This document shows positions 57,858 through 64,000 of a stretch of 64,000 nucleotides of DNA, piece after piece. Origin of the DNA: Acidobacteriota bacterium (GTDB lineage Bacteria > Acidobacteriota > UBA6911 > RPQK01 > JAJDTT01); contig OZ242374.1 in NCBI GenBank assembly GCA_965209055.1, forward strand, positions 4,864,001 to 4,928,000, given 5' to 3'. Under the pieces are notes generated by a model. It was given only the letters and a program-made list of their open reading frames with translations. It did not search any database and was not told the DNA's origin. The stretch's first letter is position 1; the number at the start of each line of letters is the position of its first letter. Position numbers and translations under genes: made by a program.

Positions 57858-59132
57858 GTGAATCCATTTCGCTTCATTCACACCGCAGACGTTCATCTGG
57901 ACAGCCCCTTGAAGGGGCTTGCCAGACATGAGGGTTCCGCGGCCGACTCCATTCGCACCGCCACCCGGACAGCTTTGCATCAATTGGTCGGACTCGCCAT
58001 CGAAGAGCAGGTCTCCTTCCTGATCATCGCCGGCGACCTCTATGACGGCGACTGGCGAGACTACCGGACGGGCCTGTACTTCGTCAGCGAAATGGGCCGC
58101 CTCCATAGGTCCGGCATTCCCGTCTATCTACTCTACGGCAATCATGACGCCAGGAGTCAGATCACGCGCCGCCTCACCCTGCCCGGGAATGTGCACGTTT
58201 TCGGATCACGAAGACCACAGTCCTTTGCGATTGACAGCCTGAACGTCGTCCTTCACGGACAGAGCTTCAGGCAACGGGATGTCACGGACAATCTGGCGCT
58301 GAATTATCCGGAACCGTTCCCGGGCGCCTTCAACATCGGCGTCCTGCATACGGGACTCGGGGGTGCCAGCGGCCATGAGAACTACGCGCCGTGTGCACTC
58401 GCCGACCTTATCGGCAAGGGCTACGACTACTGGGCGCTGGGCCATGTTCACCGTGCGGAAGTACTTCATTCCCGGCCCCATATCGTGTTTCCCGGGAACT
58501 TGCAGGGACGGCACGTGCGGGAGACCGGCGCCAAGGGCGCCACCATGGTCACGATCGACAACGGCGAAATCTCAGATCTTGAAACCTTGCCTTGTGATGT
58601 CGTGCGTTGGACCGTCGTGACGGTCGACTTGGGGTCTGCGACAAGCTTCGACGAGGTCTTGGATCGAATTCGGGACGCCCTTGATGATGCCGTCGACACT
58701 TGCTCCGGAGGTCGTCTTCTGGCGTGCCGCATCGTGCTCCAAGGCCGTACCGAAGTCCATGGCCGACTTCTGACGGACGAGGAGCCACTCCTCGCCGAGG
58801 CGCGCTCCGTGGCGCTGGGCCTCGGGGATGACGCGGCCTGGGTGGAAAAGGTGATCGTGGAGACCGAACCGGCGATCGCCCCGGAAATCCTGGAGCGGCG
58901 GGAGGATGCCGTCGGCGAACTGCTCCGGATGCTGGAGGAGGCGGGTTCCGATACCGACCTGCTGCACCGGCTGGAGACCGACATCGGTGGGATGGTCCGT
59001 CGGCTACCGTCGGAGGTGCGGTCCGCAGTGGAGGATACGGTGCTCAAGGCCGCGGTCGACGGCGACCACGCCGCGTTGATCGGCGGAGTGGCGCCGTTTC
59101 TGTCCGCACGGCTGACGGAAGGACGAGACTGA
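57858..59132 (+). CDS. SbcD/Mre11-like metallophosphoesterase (YhaO family)
   Basis: FIHTADVHLDSPL, AGDLYD, GNHD, ALGHVH, PGNLQGRH.RE.G.KG. Confidence 0.92.
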   Translation: MNPFRFIHTADVHLDSPLKGLARHEGSAADSIRTATRTALHQLVGLAIEEQVSFLIIAGDLYDGDWRDYRTGLYFVSEMGRLHRSGIPVYLLYGNHDARSQITRRLTLPGNVHVFGSRRPQSFAIDSLNVVLHGQSFRQRDVTDNLALNYPEPFPGAFNIGVLHTGLGGASGHENYAPCALADLIGKGYDYWALGHVHRAEVLHSRPHIVFPGNLQGRHVRETGAKGATMVTIDNGEISDLETLPCDVVRWTVVTVDLGSATSFDEVLDRIRDALDDAVDTCSGGRLLACRIVLQGRTEVHGRLLTDEEPLLAEARSVALGLGDDAAWVEKVIVETEPAIAPEILERREDAVGELLRMLEEAGSDTDLLHRLETDIGGMVRRLPSEVRSAVEDTVLKAAVDGDHAALIGGVAPFLSARLTEGRD

Positions 59133-59133
59133 A

Positions 59134-62100
59134 ATGCGTTTCGGACAGCTTGACCTGCTCCGTTACGGGCACTTCACGGACCGTTCCTTCGGGTTTCCGG
59201 CCAGCGAGGTCGATTTCCACGTGGTGTTCGGTCTCAACGAGGCCGGAAAATCCACCGCGCTCTCGGCCATCGAGGACCTCCTGTTCGGCATTCCCATGAG
59301 AACTCCCTACAATTTTTTGCACGACTACGGGAGCCTGCGGATCGGCGCCGTCCTGGAAAACGAACAGGCGTTGCTGCAGGTGGTTCGCCGCAAGGGCAGT
59401 AAGGATACGCTGCTCGGGACCGACCAGCTTCCGCTGCCGGGCGGCGAGACTGCGTTGCGACCTTTTCTGGCGGGCGCTGATCGTCCTTTCTTCGAGCGGA
59501 TGTTCAGTCTCGACCACGTTCGGCTCGAAACCGGCGGTCGGGAGATTCTGGAAGCCAAGGACGATGTCGGGCAGGTGCTGTTCTCAGCTGGCGCCGGGCT
59601 TACAGGCCTGCGAGATCTGCTGGGCGAGCTTTCCCACGAGGCCGACGGACTCTGGGCGCCGAGAAGGGCGAGACGCAGAAAGTTCTATCAGGCTCTTGAC
59701 AGGCTGAGGGACGCCGGAACGGAGCTGCGGCAACGGACGGTCACGGCCCACAAGTGGCATGAGTTGAAACAGGCGTTCGAACGCGCCGAAGAGGCCTACG
59801 CCGGAATCGAGTCCGAGTTCGAGAATCTTTCCGCCGAAGTTCGCCGGCTCAGTCGCATCCGGCGCGTCTATCGCGAGGTCTGCCGCATGGTCGACCTGGA
59901 AGAGGAAAAGGATATTGCGGCGTTGGAAAAGGTCGTCCTGCTGCCCGAAGACGCTCGACGGGTCCTGGAGGAATCGGAGCGAAGGGACAGCGAGTTGACC
60001 ACCCGGATCGAGACTCTCTCCGGTCGCCTGGCCCAAGCGCGGGAGGAGTTGAGCACTCTCGAATACGATGAACGGCTGATCCTTCGCGACCCGGACATCA
60101 CCCATCTCCATGAACGCCGGATCGAGGTCCGCCGCGGGAAGGATGACCTTCCGAAGCGGCAGGCGGAGCTCGCCGCGGCGGAAGTCGAGCTGCGGGACCT
60201 GGCCGCCGAGTTGGGCTGGAAAGAGGAAGTCGGCAAGTTGATCTCACGCATACCGGCGCGGACCAAGCTGGGGGTCCTGCGGTCCCTCCTGAGCCGGCGA
60301 GGCAAGCTGGCCTCGGACCGGGAGAACCGGGACGAGAACGTGCAGGAGGCGCAAGCCGAACACGAAGAGATTCGACAGACCATCGAGGTCATGGGCGAGA
60401 CCTTCGATGTCTCTCGGTTGAGATCGGTCATCAGGGCGATCCGGGAGAGCGGCGACATCACCGGGCGCGTACGCCGGGCGGAGTTGGAGGTCAGGCACAC
60501 TGAGGATCGCCTGGATCGACTGCTCTCCGCCTTGCACCCGGCTGTCCCGAGTCCGGAAGCCGCCAGGGAGATGCGCGTGCCCCCGGCGGCCACCGTGCAG
60601 GCGCATCGGGACAAGCTGCAGAGCTGGGAGCGGCGCACCCACGAGGCGGTCCGCCAACTTGCCCGCACCAAAAAGGAACTTCATCGAGCTCGCAAAAAAT
60701 TCCGGAGCGCCATGCGAGAGGAACAGATCGTCTCCTTGGAGACCCTCCGGGAGGCCAGAGACGATCGGGACGCTCTCTGGAGATTGGCCAAGAAAAAGCA
60801 CATCGACAATCTGCGGGTGACCGCCGAGGAGGCGAGGCGCTACGCGCACGCGCTCGATGACCTGGCGACGGCCGTGGCAACCGCGATACGCAACGCGGAC
60901 GACTTGGCGGACCGACGATTCGACAACGCCGAAGCGGCCGGACGCTTAGCGGAGATGTCCCGCACCATCGATGAGCAGGAGTCCGGCGTGTCCCAGCTCA
61001 CCCAACTCCGGGAGGAGCTCGTTCAGGAAGGCGAGCGCCTGCACGCCGATTGGGAGACCTTGTGGAGCCGGGCGCCATTTTCGCCGTTGCCTCCCGACGC
61101 CATGCTGGAGTGGATGAAGACGCGAAATGATCTGCTGGAAGCGGTCGACGACCGGGCCAGGGCGGCCCGCACGCTGGAGGTCCACTGCGAAGAGCTGCGA
61201 GAGGCCAGAGCGGAGCTCCTGGCCGAATTCTCGTCACTCGGCGCCGACCCCGGCTTGTTGGAGCAGCAGACCCTTCCGATGTTGCTGGAGCGTGCGGACG
61301 GAATACGTTTGGATCATGAGCAGGAGGCGGACACCAAGAGTCGATTCGAGGACCGCCTGCAGGAAGCGAAGTCCACCCTGGAGCGTCGCCGCCGCGAGTT
61401 GGCCCGGGCGGAGCAGGCGTGGGTCCGGTGGCGGAAGGAGTGGTCGGCCGCCCTGAACGAGGTCGGGCTCGCCATGGGCTCGAATCCCGATTCGGTGTCC
61501 GCTCTGATCGACGTCATGGACCGGATACGAGAGAAGTCCCTGCGGATCAACGACCTGCGCCATCAACGCATCGGAAAGATCCGGCGAGACGTGGCCGACT
61601 TCGAGGCCCTCGTCGAGAAGATGGTCCATGAGGTGGCGAGAGACCTCTCCGGGACACCCGCCGAGGACGCGGTTGTGGAGATTGAGGACCGCTTGGCCGA
61701 CGCTCGGCGCACACGTGACCTTCGGGCCAGGAAGGAGCAGGAGACAAGAGATCTGGAGAACAACCTCCGCGTCCTGGTGGAGGACCGCGAAGCGGCACGT
61801 GGGTCGGTCAACTATCTCAGGGACGCGGCCGGCGTGGCGACCAGTGGGGAGCTGAGCAACGCCATTGAGAAATCCGAATCCCTGCGGGCGCTGCACCTCG
61901 AGCTGGCTACGATCCGGAAAGCACTGGAGCAGCAAGGGGATGGTCTGACGGCGGCGGAGTTGGAAGAAGAGTGCGAAAACGTGGATCTGGACCAGGTCGT
62001 GGCCCAGGAAGACACGACCCAGGCCAGACTGAGGCGATTGCGGGACCAGTTGGCCGCCGCTGCCGAGCAGCGAGCTCAGGCTCGAAGCGCTTTCCAGGCG

Positions 62101-62664
62101 GTCGGCGGCGACGCGGCGGCGGCCCGAGCCGAAGCGGCGCGTCAGGAGGCTCTCGTGGACCTCGGCCAGATCTCCGAGCGCTATATCCGCGTTCGGACCT
62201 CGGTCCTCTTGCTGCGGTGGGCCATCGACCGCTACAGGCGCGAAAAACAGGCTCCTCTGCTCAGGCGCGCCGGCCAGCTCTTCGCGACCGTCACCGGGGG
62301 CTCGTTCACCGAGCTTCGGGTCGACTACGACACCGGGGATCAGGCTCATCTGATCGGAACGAGGCCCGATGGTGAGGTCGTTCCCGTAACAGGCATGAGC
62401 AGGGGAACCGCGGACCAGCTTTACTTCGCTCTGCGCATCGCTTCCATCGAAAACTATCTCGGTCATGCCCCGGCCCTGCCCTTCGTTGCCGACGATCTGT
62501 TCGTCAACTTCGACGATGACCGGGCGCGAGCCGGCTTCCAGGTGCTGGGAGAACTGGCCGGGAAGACCCAGGTGCTCTTCTTCACCCACCATCGGCACCT
62601 CCTGGAAATTGCACGGGAGACGTTGGGCGGCTCAGTTTCCGATGTGGACCTGACCCGGCGCTGA
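59134..62664 (+). CDS. SMC/SbcC-like ATPase (YhaN, AAA_27)
   Basis: YGHF, GLNEAGKST, long coiled coil, MSRGTADQLYFALR, PFVADDLFVNFDD, QVLFFTHH. Confidence 0.92.
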   Translation: MRFGQLDLLRYGHFTDRSFGFPASEVDFHVVFGLNEAGKSTALSAIEDLLFGIPMRTPYNFLHDYGSLRIGAVLENEQALLQVVRRKGSKDTLLGTDQLPLPGGETALRPFLAGADRPFFERMFSLDHVRLETGGREILEAKDDVGQVLFSAGAGLTGLRDLLGELSHEADGLWAPRRARRRKFYQALDRLRDAGTELRQRTVTAHKWHELKQAFERAEEAYAGIESEFENLSAEVRRLSRIRRVYREVCRMVDLEEEKDIAALEKVVLLPEDARRVLEESERRDSELTTRIETLSGRLAQAREELSTLEYDERLILRDPDITHLHERRIEVRRGKDDLPKRQAELAAAEVELRDLAAELGWKEEVGKLISRIPARTKLGVLRSLLSRRGKLASDRENRDENVQEAQAEHEEIRQTIEVMGETFDVSRLRSVIRAIRESGDITGRVRRAELEVRHTEDRLDRLLSALHPAVPSPEAAREMRVPPAATVQAHRDKLQSWERRTHEAVRQLARTKKELHRARKKFRSAMREEQIVSLETLREARDDRDALWRLAKKKHIDNLRVTAEEARRYAHALDDLATAVATAIRNADDLADRRFDNAEAAGRLAEMSRTIDEQESGVSQLTQLREELVQEGERLHADWETLWSRAPFSPLPPDAMLEWMKTRNDLLEAVDDRARAARTLEVHCEELREARAELLAEFSSLGADPGLLEQQTLPMLLERADGIRLDHEQEADTKSRFEDRLQEAKSTLERRRRELARAEQAWVRWRKEWSAALNEVGLAMGSNPDSVSALIDVMDRIREKSLRINDLRHQRIGKIRRDVADFEALVEKMVHEVARDLSGTPAEDAVVEIEDRLADARRTRDLRARKEQETRDLENNLRVLVEDREAARGSVNYLRDAAGVATSGELSNAIEKSESLRALHLELATIRKALEQQGDGLTAAELEEECENVDLDQVVAQEDTTQARLRRLRDQLAAAAEQRAQARSAFQAVGGDAAAARAEAARQEALVDLGQISERYIRVRTSVLLLRWAIDRYRREKQAPLLRRAGQLFATVTGGSFTELRVDYDTGDQAHLIGTRPDGEVVPVTGMSRGTADQLYFALRIASIENYLGHAPALPFVADDLFVNFDDDRARAGFQVLGELAGKTQVLFFTHHRHLLEIARETLGGSVSDVDLTRR

Positions 62665-62831
62665 GATCTGCGGATTCGTGGAGTCTCCGCGAGTCGGTCT
62701 CAGTTTCGCGCCCGGCGGCCTCGGCCTCTCTTTCCGGAAACAACGATACGGGCGACTTGGAAGGGGGACTTTCAGTCCCTCGCCCGTCGGTGCAACTACG
62801 GGAATCGGCGACAGGAAAGTCGCGGCTCCCG

Positions 62832-64000
62832 TCACTTCAGAAACGCGTAGGACACTCCCAGCACCAGGTAGAGGCATCCCATCAACACGATGCTGGCCCA
62901 CCAGGCCTTGCCGTAGCGGTACTCGGCCGGCAGGTACTTTCGCCCCAGGAAGGCGTAGGCGACCATCATGATGCCGATCATGGGTGTGTCGATGGCGCCC
63001 ATGACCAGGACCAGGGTGACCGGCTTGGGGAAGAAGGCGTAGACGGCCCAGGAACCGGCCATCATGGCGCTCAGAATCAGCTTCTGCCAGACCTGGGGCG
63101 ACAGCTTGCCGAACAGGCCCGGCGCCTTCATCCGCAGGGGCTGCAGGAACATGCGCGAGGAGCCGTCGAAGATGGAGATGGCGGTGCTGATGATGGCGGC
63201 CCACGCCCCCAGGTAGAAGACGTTCCGGGACCAGGGCCCCAGGACCTCGGTCATCATCAGGCTCAACTCCCGCGCCAGGCCCGGACCCCCAAGGGTGATG
63301 CCCGCCGGGTGCAGAATGCCGACGCCCAGGATGAAGGTGGACATGCAGACGATGAGGCCCAGCACATAGGTCAGGACGATGTTGGTCCGGTTGATCCGGA
63401 GCCAGCCCCGCATGCGGCTCACTTCCTCGGACGAGTTGGGCTGAAACTGCTCCCGCGTCAAACGGCCATGTTCCCGGGCGTGGCCCAGAAGGCCCATTCC
63501 CCGTTCCTCGGCCCAGGCGCTGTACTTGATGGTTCCCGAACCGGCCATGACGATCCCGGCCAGGGACATCATGACCAGCAACTGGTCGAAATCGGTGGCC
63601 ATTCGCGGCACCAGGCCCCGGCCCAGCTCTCCGGTCACGTCCGGAGCCACGAAGCTGGCGCAGATCAGCAGGCTCAGCGTGAACAGCAGGCACATGACCG
63701 TGTTGAAGGTCTCCACCGGCCGGTAGCCGCCGACGATGAGGATCACCCAGACCAGCAGGAAATTGAGGAAGGTCCAGAACACCTGCTGCTGGATCTCGCC
63801 CGCTCCCGGCAGCAGTCCGCCGAAGATGTCGTGGCAGATGAGCCCGGCGATGGCCACGATCCCGCCTCGCAGCAGGAAGTCCTTGATCAGGTTGATGCAG
63901 AACCAGATCCAGGGCACCCAGGAGAACGGCGGTCCCATCCCGGAGCAGGCCTCCAGGAAGTTCTGGCCGGTGACGATGGAGACCCGGCCGATGGCCTCGT
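62832..64000 (-). CDS. Nramp/MntH-like membrane transporter; 5' end outside the window
   Basis: Frame open to the window end (EAIGRVSIVTGQNFLEA); GGY..VE, YS.W..E.G, many TM helices. Confidence 0.72.
   Translation of the reverse strand, partial: EAIGRVSIVTGQNFLEACSGMGPPFSWVPWIWFCINLIKDFLLRGGIVAIAGLICHDIFGGLLPGAGEIQQQVFWTFLNFLLVWVILIVGGYRPVETFNTVMCLLFTLSLLICASFVAPDVTGELGRGLVPRMATDFDQLLVMMSLAGIVMAGSGTIKYSAWAEERGMGLLGHAREHGRLTREQFQPNSSEEVSRMRGWLRINRTNIVLTYVLGLIVCMSTFILGVGILHPAGITLGGPGLARELSLMMTEVLGPWSRNVFYLGAWAAIISTAISIFDGSSRMFLQPLRMKAPGLFGKLSPQVWQKLILSAMMAGSWAVYAFFPKPVTLVLVMGAIDTPMIGIMMVAYAFLGRKYLPAEYRYGKAWWASIVLMGCLYLVLGVSYAFLK

Noticed and set aside
35813-62598. Long antisense ORFs (e.g. 35813-37594, 39424-41112, 41070-42896, 45954-47915, 61234-62598)
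   Set aside because: Shadow frames opposite well-supported genes, typical of high-GC DNA.

Overview
GC-rich bacterial window, probably Acidobacteriota (inferred from gene content only). It has four parts. (1) 1-7400: housekeeping genes (YjbQ-like, heme/HEAT proteins, UbiD-family decarboxylase, nfo, aquaporin). (2) 7500-12000: toxin-antitoxin modules and gene debris (VapBC, MNT-HEPN, decayed HTH-RES, HsdS fragment). (3) 12015-33641: a ~21.6 kb island integrated in tRNA-Ala(GGC) and bounded by a 50-bp att duplication. It carries an intact tyrosine integrase, integrase remnants, three copies of a covarying structured non-coding element, a 541-aa candidate defence protein and a type I-C CRISPR-Cas locus. 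In that locus cas4 has an in-frame TGA, and the 58-repeat array is split by an IS21 element and ends at an IS1595 remnant. (4) 33800-64000: pdxH, xylBA, a glycan-utilisation cluster interrupted by IS5, peroxiredoxin, a PLP decarboxylase, three tandem secreted Cache-domain paralogs, and a yhaO-yhaN (SbcCD-like) pair flanked by a duplicated transporter 3' end. The main observation lies between cas3 and cas5: a cryptic one-spacer mini-array of two diverged I-C repeats (20526-20624) directly upstream of hicA, with a convergent hicB-like gene. Its spacer has PAM-flanked partial matches to its own predicted promoter and to the hicB/cas5 divergent region. This suggests a Cascade-repressed HicAB toxin-antitoxin and cas-autoregulation module; the function is inferred and untested. 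Coordinates and counts were read by hand.
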